Below are positions 35,754-42,619 of a DNA stretch of 64,000 nucleotides, piece after piece. The notes under the pieces were generated by a model. It worked only from the letters and a program-made list of their open reading frames with translations. It had not been told where the DNA came from and did not search any database. Each line of letters opens with the position of its first letter. Within the stretch, counting starts at the first letter, position 1. Made by a program: the position numbers and the translations under genes. The DNA comes from a virus (taxonomy: Duplodnaviria; Caudoviricetes), in the IMG/VR virus record IMGVR_UViG_3300011335_000826, positions 24,254 through 88,253 of that record, one strand, 5' to 3'.

Positions 35754-35804
35754 TTGACACCAACCAACCTTTATGTTATACTTAGGTCAGCTGTGCGGAA
35801 CAGC
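35754..35804 (+). promoter_or_regulatory. Early promoter plus leader hairpin
   Basis: TTGACA-N17-TATACT, then GCTGT-GCGGA-ACAGC. Confidence 0.75.
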
Positions 35805-35837
35805 AATTTAAATCAACTTAAAAAAGGCAACTTTATC

Positions 35838-36176
35838 ATGGCAACAGAAAAAACTTTTACCGTAGCAGGTACCGCAACTAACGCAGATGGCACCGTCAAG
35901 GTCCGTTTTGCAAACGACTTGGTGGCTCGCATCAAGATTCTTAACAAAAACAACTGCACCAATATCAACTTGGTTGAACTGCCTCGGGCAATGACCAAGA
36001 TGGAGGCTCTGCAACATCTGCAGACCCTGGGCATCACTGCTGGTGATGCTGGCTTTGCAGTAGCCAACAAGCTGGCCGAAAAAGCCAAGGTCGCTAAGAA
36101 AGGCGAAGTCAAGATCAAGGCCACCAAGGTGGTCACTGAATCCAAGACTCCCGTGACTCAGGAAGCAACAGCCTAA
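35838..36176 (+). CDS. Conserved phage hypothetical protein
   Basis: FTVAG...KVRFAND...L.ELP..MTK.EA, Lys/Ala tail. ATG 35838. Confidence 0.75.
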   Translation: MATEKTFTVAGTATNADGTVKVRFANDLVARIKILNKNNCTNINLVELPRAMTKMEALQHLQTLGITAGDAGFAVANKLAEKAKVAKKGEVKIKATKVVTESKTPVTQEATA

Positions 36177-36201
36177 TCATCAGGCACTGATTCCGCACGC
36201 C

Positions 36202-36227
36202 AAAGGCCCGCAAGGGCCTTTTCTTTT
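36202..36227 (+). terminator. Rho-independent terminator with GCAA tetraloop
   Basis: AAAGGCCC-GCAA-GGGCCTTTTCTTTT. Confidence 0.85.
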
Positions 36228-36483
36228 GGCTAAATATTCTGTGGGCATGTTGCCCATGTCAACTCTGTGCAATACATAATATTATACCGCGGGGAACTAC
36301 CAGATGCAAAGTTTAAAGGTTGGATCCGATCGAATCCCACAGCAGCCGCTCGCATCATAGAAAACCGTTTACATCTGCCCGACTATCGAGCGTTGGGCCT
36401 GTTTCAACTTTCATGGGCAGGCGACTGGAACCTCACCACCATATGGGACTCATGGGAGCGTCGCCATATCTTCATAGAATAAT

Positions 36484-36512
36484 TTGACATTGTGTCGCTA
36501 GGTGTATATACT
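36484..36512 (+). promoter_or_regulatory. Sigma70-type early promoter
   Basis: TTGACA-N17-TATACT. Confidence 0.8.
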
Positions 36513-36553
36513 AGCACATGAGCACGGTGCTCATCAACACAAGGAAAAACAAA

Positions 36554-36739
36554 ATGACCAATCACGAACAAATCGTAGCTGCTTACGAAACATATATTTC
36601 TGAAAACGAGAAATTCACTGCCAAGGGTGTAAAAGCTTCAGCAGCTCGTGCTAGAAAAGCTCTACAGGAGATGAGCAAAGGCATCAAAGAACGCCGCAAA
36701 GAGATCACCGCAGAAAAAGAAGCATTAGCGGCAAAATGA
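36554..36739 (+). CDS. Hc1-like small basic nucleoid protein
   Basis: E.EKF..KGVKASAARARKAL.E....K.RRKEI. Confidence 0.7.
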   Translation: MTNHEQIVAAYETYISENEKFTAKGVKASAARARKALQEMSKGIKERRKEITAEKEALAAK

Positions 36740-37302
36740 TCGATCCGGTGACTTTTGCTCCTCTTACATCGGAAGAGGTCAAGGTGGAGGACATGAAAAG
36801 CCGCATGCGAGGTCTTGCGTCGGCAGTGAAGAATCTCCAAGAGTATGATGAGTGGAACATGACCAGCAGGGAGTCTAGTGTGCCTTGGGGCCAACTCACT
36901 GCTGCCCAAAGTGCCACAGGTGGGATACATCAGGTAGGTCATATCGGCCTAAGCCCGAATGTGTATACCACCAACTCTCCTTATCAAAATCTGAACACCA
37001 TCACCGGCACTAGCATGAACAGCTTGATCGGCGGCAACGACTATAACATGAAGGTTGAACAATCCGGGCAGATTGATATCCGAGGCGAAAAGGCCGACAT
37101 CCGTATCAACGGCAAGAGCATGAACAAGTGGATGGAACAGGTGGAACAACGACTGAACATCCTGTCTCCCAATCCTGAACTGGAAAAGGAATGGGACGAT
37201 CTGCGCCGCCTGGGCGAACGCTATAGAAAACTGGAGAAGAAATGTCAAGAGAAAGCACAGATGTGGGCAGCATTGAAGAAGTTGCCCAAAGTAAAACCAT
37301 GA
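36736..37302 (+). CDS. Hypothetical protein
   Basis: ADI.INGKS...RL.IL.PNPELEKEW..L..LG..Y. Confidence 0.75.
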   Translation: MIDPVTFAPLTSEEVKVEDMKSRMRGLASAVKNLQEYDEWNMTSRESSVPWGQLTAAQSATGGIHQVGHIGLSPNVYTTNSPYQNLNTITGTSMNSLIGGNDYNMKVEQSGQIDIRGEKADIRINGKSMNKWMEQVEQRLNILSPNPELEKEWDDLRRLGERYRKLEKKCQEKAQMWAALKKLPKVKP

Positions 37303-38096
37303 CACCTAAACAACGCATCACTACCATTGTGAAGTGGATCAAGTCCTATGCCCGCAGTGCCAAAATCCGCACTTTGGTAGTGGGAATCTCAGGCGGCATT
37401 GATAGTTCGGTGGTGAGTGCTTTGTGTGCTAGAACTGGATTGAAAACCATCGTAGTGCAGATGCCCATCCGTCAAAACAAAACTCTGGACAATCGCAGTT
37501 CCATGCAGGCAGGTTGGTTACTGGAACGCCATCCAGACACAGTCACACACATGAGCATGGATTTGACTCCTGTATTTGCCGCGTTTGAAAAGAAAGTAGA
37601 TCCTTACTGCGGCATCGAAGATGATACCTACGGAACATACCAGTTAGCCAGTGCCAACAGTCGTGCTAGATTGCGTATGATGACCTTGTATCAGATTGCA
37701 CAATGCAACCGTGGTCTTGTGGTAGGCACAGGCAACCGGGTGGAAGACTTTGGTGTGGGCTTCTTTACCAAGTATGGTGATGGCGGTGTGGACATCAGTC
37801 CTATTGGTGACTGTATGAAAACTGATGTGTGGGATATGGGTCGCGAAATGGGGTTGCCACAAGAGATCATTGATGCTGCTCCCACTGATGGATTGTGGAC
37901 CGATGGCCGCACTGATGAAGATCAGTTGGGCATGACCTATCCCGAACTGGAACTGGCCATGGACCAGGACGAGAATTCGGATCTTTGGGATCCGACCTCT
38001 CCGCAGGAAAAGAAAAATCTTCGCCGATACCGTGAGATCCGCGCAACAAATCTGCATAAGATGTTGCCGATCCCGGTTTGCAAATTCGACTGGTGA
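37299..38096 (+). CDS. nadE: NH3-dependent NAD+ synthetase
   Basis: VVGISGGIDSSV, N.RARLRM, GTGNRVE, GFFTKYGDGGVD, PTDGLW, DEDQLG..Y. Confidence 0.95.
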   Translation: MTPKQRITTIVKWIKSYARSAKIRTLVVGISGGIDSSVVSALCARTGLKTIVVQMPIRQNKTLDNRSSMQAGWLLERHPDTVTHMSMDLTPVFAAFEKKVDPYCGIEDDTYGTYQLASANSRARLRMMTLYQIAQCNRGLVVGTGNRVEDFGVGFFTKYGDGGVDISPIGDCMKTDVWDMGREMGLPQEIIDAAPTDGLWTDGRTDEDQLGMTYPELELAMDQDENSDLWDPTSPQEKKNLRRYREIRATNLHKMLPIPVCKFDW

Positions 38097-38185
38097 GTGT
38101 ATAATACACATTGGATCGACCAAAACGATACTGTTTTGATTCGATATTCCGGGTGATTTTGCCCATTTCAGTAAGTAAAACTACC

Positions 38186-38758
38186 ATGAAAGCAAATCAA
38201 CTATCCTCTCTGGCACAACGCTACGGTTCATATCTGTTCAAGGCCCTTGGCCTGTTTGCAGTGATCTATGTGGTATGTGCTGTAACTTCTGCCCGATTCG
38301 AAACACTTCGTGAACAATCGGTTGGCCTACCTGAAGGCTACATCAGTGCTGCTCAACGCACTAAAGAACTGGATTGCCTTACACGCAATATCTACTGGGA
38401 AGCTGCAAACGAACCATTCGAAGGCAAAGTGGGCGTGGCACAGGTCACCATGAATCGCATGGAGTCTGGCAAGTTCGCTAGTTCTGTATGTGCAGTGGTG
38501 TATCAGAAAAATGTGTTCTACGAAAAAGTAGTATGCCAGTTCAGTTGGTTCTGTGAATCAGGACACACTGCCAAGACCATCCACAAGCCGCTGTGGAACG
38601 AAAGTGAAGAAGTGGCCAAGAAAGTGCTGTTGGAAGGATTCCGCTTGCCGGGATTGAAGAACGCACTTTACTACCATGCGGATTATGTAAATCCGGGTTG
38701 GAAAAAGCCCAAGTTAGAGAAAATCGGACATCACATATTTTATGGAGAAAACACATGA
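38186..38758 (+). CDS. Cell wall hydrolase, SleB/Hydrolase_2 family
   Basis: CL..NIYWEA..E...G..VAQV.MNR, CQFSW, ALYYHADYV.P.W, IGHHIFY. Confidence 0.92.
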   Translation: MKANQLSSLAQRYGSYLFKALGLFAVIYVVCAVTSARFETLREQSVGLPEGYISAAQRTKELDCLTRNIYWEAANEPFEGKVGVAQVTMNRMESGKFASSVCAVVYQKNVFYEKVVCQFSWFCESGHTAKTIHKPLWNESEEVAKKVLLEGFRLPGLKNALYYHADYVNPGWKKPKLEKIGHHIFYGENT

Positions 38759-39069
38759 CCTTTGAACCGCAAACCTGGCCAAAATCTGTACTCATTTGGC
38801 TGCAGGAACACCTGCCCAGACTCAGTGCAGAAACCCTGCAATGGATGGCCGCTCTGGTTCTACATGCTGCTACAGTTCCAACTTTGCTTGCCCTGATGAC
38901 TGGACTGAGTGATCGCACACCCAGTTTGGATATTGTGCTGTTCATGTGGGCTGGATTGGTGTTGCTGTTCATGCGGGCGGTGGTGCTCAAGGACATGTTG
39001 AACATCGTCACAGTGGGCACTGGATTCATTGTGCAAGCGGTGCTGATGGCCTTGATCCTGTTCAAATAG
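38755..39069 (+). CDS. Multi-pass membrane protein
   Basis: Three hydrophobic segments, ATGA-coupled. Confidence 0.7.
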   Translation: MTFEPQTWPKSVLIWLQEHLPRLSAETLQWMAALVLHAATVPTLLALMTGLSDRTPSLDIVLFMWAGLVLLFMRAVVLKDMLNIVTVGTGFIVQAVLMALILFK

Positions 39070-39072
39070 TCG

Positions 39073-39101
39073 TTGACCAGTATTTCGGGCTGTGCTATAA
39101 T
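39073..39101 (+). promoter_or_regulatory. Sigma70-type early promoter driving the paralogue array operon
   Basis: TTGACC-N17-TATAAT. Confidence 0.85.
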
Positions 39102-39121
39102 AAGCACATGATTACCTGGAG

Positions 39122-39520
39122 ATGTCTATGACCATGCACATGTGCGGCCCTGCGCTGAGCCTCAACGGCAAGAAAAAGGGCAAGTTCAAATATCGTAATG
39201 CTGCTGAAGCCAAGAAGGCTCGCGAGCTTGATGCCGACTGGAAAGAACTGCTCAAGCGTCAAGGTGTGGAGGCAGAAGCGAAGAAGCGTCGTCGTGCTCT
39301 AGCAGCAGAACCCTTGGTTTACAATTTAACTGGTGCTACAGATCGTGCAGGTACTGCTCACATTCCCAGTCTTGGCACAGGCGGAGGAGTTGCTGTGCTG
39401 GCGCCTGCCAAAGTGTATACAGGCACCAAAGTCAAGGGCATTGCCACCATGCACAAGAGCAATGCTGTGCCTGTGTTCAGCGACGAAGAAGCAATTGATA
39501 TTTCCAAGATGCGGCGATGA
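39122..39520 (+). CDS. Conserved phage hypothetical protein
   Basis: VYTG..VKGIATMHKSNAVPVF...A.DIS.MRR. Confidence 0.8.
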   Translation: MSMTMHMCGPALSLNGKKKGKFKYRNAAEAKKARELDADWKELLKRQGVEAEAKKRRRALAAEPLVYNLTGATDRAGTAHIPSLGTGGGVAVLAPAKVYTGTKVKGIATMHKSNAVPVFSDEEAIDISKMRR

Positions 39521-39813
39521 GCGATAGTGAATCGACCGTCAAATGGATATCTGAATTAGCAGAACGATGGATAACTGAACTCAACATGAAACGCATTGAA
39601 ACTGGCTATGCTGAGATTCAACCTCGATATCCTTATTGGGTTCAGCCAGTCAACTACTCTCGTAAGGAGTGGGATGAGATGGGGGATTGGGTAGTGAAAA
39701 CATTCGGCAACGGTGATTGGATGACCGAACATGGACTCTGGGTGGGCAGTGATCGTAAGTATTGGTTCCGCGATGAGCGAGATCGCACCTTGTTCATATT
39801 GAAGTGGTCATGA
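39517..39813 (+). CDS. F-x-L-[KR]-W family, array unit 1
   Basis: DWVVKTFG...YWFRDERDRTLFILKWS. Confidence 0.8.
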   Translation: MSDSESTVKWISELAERWITELNMKRIETGYAEIQPRYPYWVQPVNYSRKEWDEMGDWVVKTFGNGDWMTEHGLWVGSDRKYWFRDERDRTLFILKWS

Positions 39814-40043
39814 GTGTAGTTCTAATCCCCAGAGAGCGAAACAACGAAGCCTTTGTGGCCTGGTTGAAAGAGAACATCGGAGCCAGCAGTTCACGCCGGC
39901 AAGCCTATGTTCGCAAATACGGGTCAGGCTGGGATCTGACCACAGTAATGGTTCGGACCGCTCCCAAGACGGACCGAATATATTGGCAAGTGACCATTGA
40001 AGATGAACACATGGCCATGCTGTTTGCATTGAAGTGGTCATGA
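39810..40043 (+). CDS. F-x-L-[KR]-W family, array unit 2
   Basis: AWLKENIG...VTIEDEHMAMLFALKWS. Start at the ATGA overlap. Confidence 0.8.
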   Translation: MSVVLIPRERNNEAFVAWLKENIGASSSRRQAYVRKYGSGWDLTTVMVRTAPKTDRIYWQVTIEDEHMAMLFALKWS

Positions 40044-40330
40044 GCGGAACTCTTATCTCTCCGGCTGCCCTCACCAAAGAAGCGGTGGGCCTGCTCAACA
40101 AGGCGTTTAAAAAACACTACGGTCAGTTGAACTTTAAAATACGAGATCAATCTCAAGTGGATGGTGACACATGGTATACAGTATCATGCACCGGGGCAGT
40201 GGCCAAATGGATACGATCACAGGATCGAGAAATCTGGCACGAACACATCAATGGCAAATGGGATGTGATCCATAACACATTCGACATACACGAAAAACTC
40301 TATACTTTTTTGGCATTGAAGTGGTCATGA
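40040..40330 (+). CDS. F-x-L-[KR]-W family, array unit 3
   Basis: AKWIRSQ...FDIHEKLYTFLALKWS. Confidence 0.8.
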   Translation: MSGTLISPAALTKEAVGLLNKAFKKHYGQLNFKIRDQSQVDGDTWYTVSCTGAVAKWIRSQDREIWHEHINGKWDVIHNTFDIHEKLYTFLALKWS

Positions 40331-40548
40331 CAGAGAATCCTGTATTGATTGTTGATTACGGTCTCCGCAGAGTTCGGCTGACTTATAGCACCCCAGCGGC
40401 CCAGCCGCTTACACCCGGCCGTGAGTTGTGGGATCAAAGCCAATGGTGCGCGGAAACTTTTAAATCTGAAACCTGTGTTTATAACAACGGCCGGTGGTAT
40501 TTTAAACGACCACAGGACCTGACCATGTTCTTGATGAGGTGGTCATGA
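40327..40548 (+). CDS. F-x-L-[KR]-W family, array unit 4
   Basis: QWCAETF...WYFKRPQDLTMFLMRWS. Confidence 0.8.
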   Translation: MTENPVLIVDYGLRRVRLTYSTPAAQPLTPGRELWDQSQWCAETFKSETCVYNNGRWYFKRPQDLTMFLMRWS

Positions 40549-40739
40549 ACCCGGTCAACGGATGGTATGTGGTCAGCGTGATGGCACCTGGTGTTAGTCA
40601 AGGGTGGACACTTTGTTTTGATTGGTGCTTTGAACAATTCGGTAGCCATACCGTGGATGGTTGGGGGTATGTAGGCGAAGGTGTGTTCGAGTTCCGCGAG
40701 GAAAAACATGCTGCATGGTTCATGTTGAGGTGGCGATGA
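40545..40739 (+). CDS. F-x-L-[KR]-W family, array unit 5
   Basis: DWCFEQFG...FEFREEKHAAWFMLRWR. Confidence 0.8.
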   Translation: MNPVNGWYVVSVMAPGVSQGWTLCFDWCFEQFGSHTVDGWGYVGEGVFEFREEKHAAWFMLRWR

Positions 40740-41008
40740 ATTCAGCACAACGACGCAAAAACGATCGTGGTCTGGTAAAACTGGAGCACGAGATCATGGT
40801 TGATATTGACAGGGGCATTGATCTTCACAGGCACTATGCCGCCGAGGACTGGTGCATTGAACAATTTGGCAAACGGTGGACTGCCCTGGGCGATGCCACT
40901 GGTGCGCGGTGGGCATGTTTCTGGGCAGGTAGAAATGATCCTGCACGGTATAGATTTTGTTTCGCAGAGTCCAAGGACGCTGTGTTTTTTGCATTGAAAT
41001 GGCGATGA
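40736..41008 (+). CDS. F-x-L-[KR]-W family, array unit 6
   Basis: DWCIEQFG...FCFAESKDAVFFALKWR. Start at the ATGA overlap 40736. Confidence 0.8.
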   Translation: MNSAQRRKNDRGLVKLEHEIMVDIDRGIDLHRHYAAEDWCIEQFGKRWTALGDATGARWACFWAGRNDPARYRFCFAESKDAVFFALKWR

Positions 41009-41043
41009 AGAAAAAACGGTTACTAACTTTTAAAGGAGAATTT

Positions 41044-41457
41044 ATGGATACATTGGATTGGGAACAACAAGAAGTGTTCCGGCTGCTGAAAAATCAACCG
41101 GGCACACAATATCAAGAAGCCGACGAGGCAGGACGAAAACAGATGCGTGACTGGGTGCAGAACCTGCTGAGCAACAGCGAAGTCACTGTGCAGTTTGTGA
41201 AATCCGATGGCACTGTGCGCGACATGCGATGCACACTGGACCGCGGTAGAATCCCGCCTGCACCGCCCAAACCTGTGCCCACAGAGATCCAAGCCAGTTC
41301 TACTGTGAACATTGATGGGCTTACAGAAAGCAAGAACCCACGCAAAGAACCCGATCCGGTCACCCAGCGTGTGTATGATCTGGACCAGAATGCCTGGCGT
41401 AGTTTCCGTTATGATCGGCTACAGAAGATTACTGCGGAGATCAGTTTCGCTAAGTAA
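41044..41457 (+). CDS. WYL_2-like SH3/Sm-fold protein
   Basis: V.F.K.DGT.R.M.CTL...VYDLD..AWRSFR. SD AAGGAG. Confidence 0.7.
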   Translation: MDTLDWEQQEVFRLLKNQPGTQYQEADEAGRKQMRDWVQNLLSNSEVTVQFVKSDGTVRDMRCTLDRGRIPPAPPKPVPTEIQASSTVNIDGLTESKNPRKEPDPVTQRVYDLDQNAWRSFRYDRLQKITAEISFAK

Positions 41458-41464
41458 TGCATCA

Positions 41465-41683
41465 ATGGCCAAAGAAGAAACTTTAGAATTAGAAGGCAAG
41501 GTGCTAGAAGTCTTGCCCAATACCATGTTCCGCATACAGTTGGATGGTGTAGAACGACCCGTGATCGGATACATCTCCGGCCGCATGCGTAAACATGATA
41601 TCAAAATCCTGTTAGGTGACCGTGTGCTGATCGAGTTTTCACCCTATGATCTCACCCGTGGGCGTATAACCCGCCGCCGCTAA
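41465..41683 (+). CDS. infA: Translation initiation factor IF-1
   Basis: [22 protein letters not shown]...[27 protein letters not shown]. Confidence 0.95.
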   Translation: MAKEETLELEGKVLEVLPNTMFRIQLDGVERPVIGYISGRMRKHDIKILLGDRVLIEFSPYDLTRGRITRRR

Positions 41684-41691
41684 ATACTGAT

Positions 41692-42234
41692 ATGCGTGAA
41701 CATATCGATCTAATAGAAGCAACCACCCGTCCAACCAAGTTGGAAACCACTCCGCTGCCTTATTCACGAGATGAATTGGCCCCTGTGATGAGCGGTGATA
41801 CCATCGACTATCACTTTGAACACTTGGCCAAAGGTTACGCCAAACGCTACAATGCCGGCGAAGGTGATCCCGATTTTAACCGTGCTGGCAGTTTCTTGCA
41901 CAACAAATTCTTCCCACAACTACAACCACCCAAGGGCACAAATCGCCCCCGAGGTGCTGTGCTAGAACTCATAGAACGCAAATTTAAGAGTTACGAAGCA
42001 TTCCAGGATGCTGTAAAAGAAACAGCAATGAAGATCCAAGGATCAGGCTGGGTTTACTTGAGTACCGGCGGTGAGATTAAAACCATCAAGAATCATGCTG
42101 TGCGTACAGATATATGCGTACTTATTGACTGGTGGGAGCATGCCTGGGCCCTAGACTACCAGTGGGACAAAGAGAAATATCTCGACAACATCTGGCGCAT
42201 CATCAACTGGGATGTGTGCTCAGATAGACTATAA
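41692..42234 (+). CDS. Fe/Mn superoxide dismutase
   Basis: LPY..L.P..S..TI.YH..H..Y, H..FF, GSGW, DWWEHAW.LDY. Confidence 0.9.
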   Translation: MREHIDLIEATTRPTKLETTPLPYSRDELAPVMSGDTIDYHFEHLAKGYAKRYNAGEGDPDFNRAGSFLHNKFFPQLQPPKGTNRPRGAVLELIERKFKSYEAFQDAVKETAMKIQGSGWVYLSTGGEIKTIKNHAVRTDICVLIDWWEHAWALDYQWDKEKYLDNIWRIINWDVCSDRL

Positions 42235-42246
42235 ACGGACCACATT

Positions 42247-42567
42247 ATGAAACTAGAAACTGGAGCAGTTTCCAAACTGCGAGAACTCATTGCCGAAGAA
42301 GCCAACCCTGATCTCAAACTCAGAGTATTTGTGCAAGGTGGCGGGTGTTCCGGATTCAGTTACGGATTCACCTTTGATGAAGTTCAAAATGAAGATGATT
42401 TTGACTTCAATTATGAAGAAGTGCGTGTGATAGTAGATGCCATGAGCATGCAATATCTGCAAGATTCAACCATAGATTTCCGTGAAGATGTCATGGGATC
42501 CAGTTTTGTGATCAACAATCCCGCCGCAAAAACCACTTGCGGCTGCGGGTCCAGTTTCTCCGTTTAG
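42247..42567 (+). CDS. A-type Fe-S carrier protein (ErpA/IscA, HesB family)
   Basis: [17 protein letters not shown]...[13 protein letters not shown]. Confidence 0.93.
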   Translation: MKLETGAVSKLRELIAEEANPDLKLRVFVQGGGCSGFSYGFTFDEVQNEDDFDFNYEEVRVIVDAMSMQYLQDSTIDFREDVMGSSFVINNPAAKTTCGCGSSFSV

Positions 42568-42619
42568 CATAATCAAGTAGATAGGTTGCTCTGGTAAATA
42601 CACCAGAGAGCACCTACCT

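Larger units (their letters stand above)
39798..41008 (+). repeat. Six dispersed 16-nt junction repeats of the paralogue array
   Basis: ATTGAAGTGGTCATGA at 39798, 40028 and 40315. Variants GATGAGGTGGTCATGA (40533), GTTGAGGTGGCGATGA (40724), ATTGAAATGGCGATGA (40993). Confidence 0.85.

Noticed and set aside
35788-35793. Complete avoidance of the PvuII site CAGCTG as support for the R-M module
   Set aside because: The site occurs at least at 35788 and 50585. Specificity need not match PvuII, and a full count was not possible by eye.
36267-36482. 71-aa GTG-start ORF after the terminator
   Set aside because: No SD and no recognisable motif. It may be real (TAAATA at 36231) but I cannot support it.
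39798-41008. The junction repeats as a CRISPR array or integron attC sites
   Set aside because: The spacers are whole ORFs of 190-300 nt, the repeats are in-frame coding, and there is no palindromic attC structure or cas/intI gene nearby.
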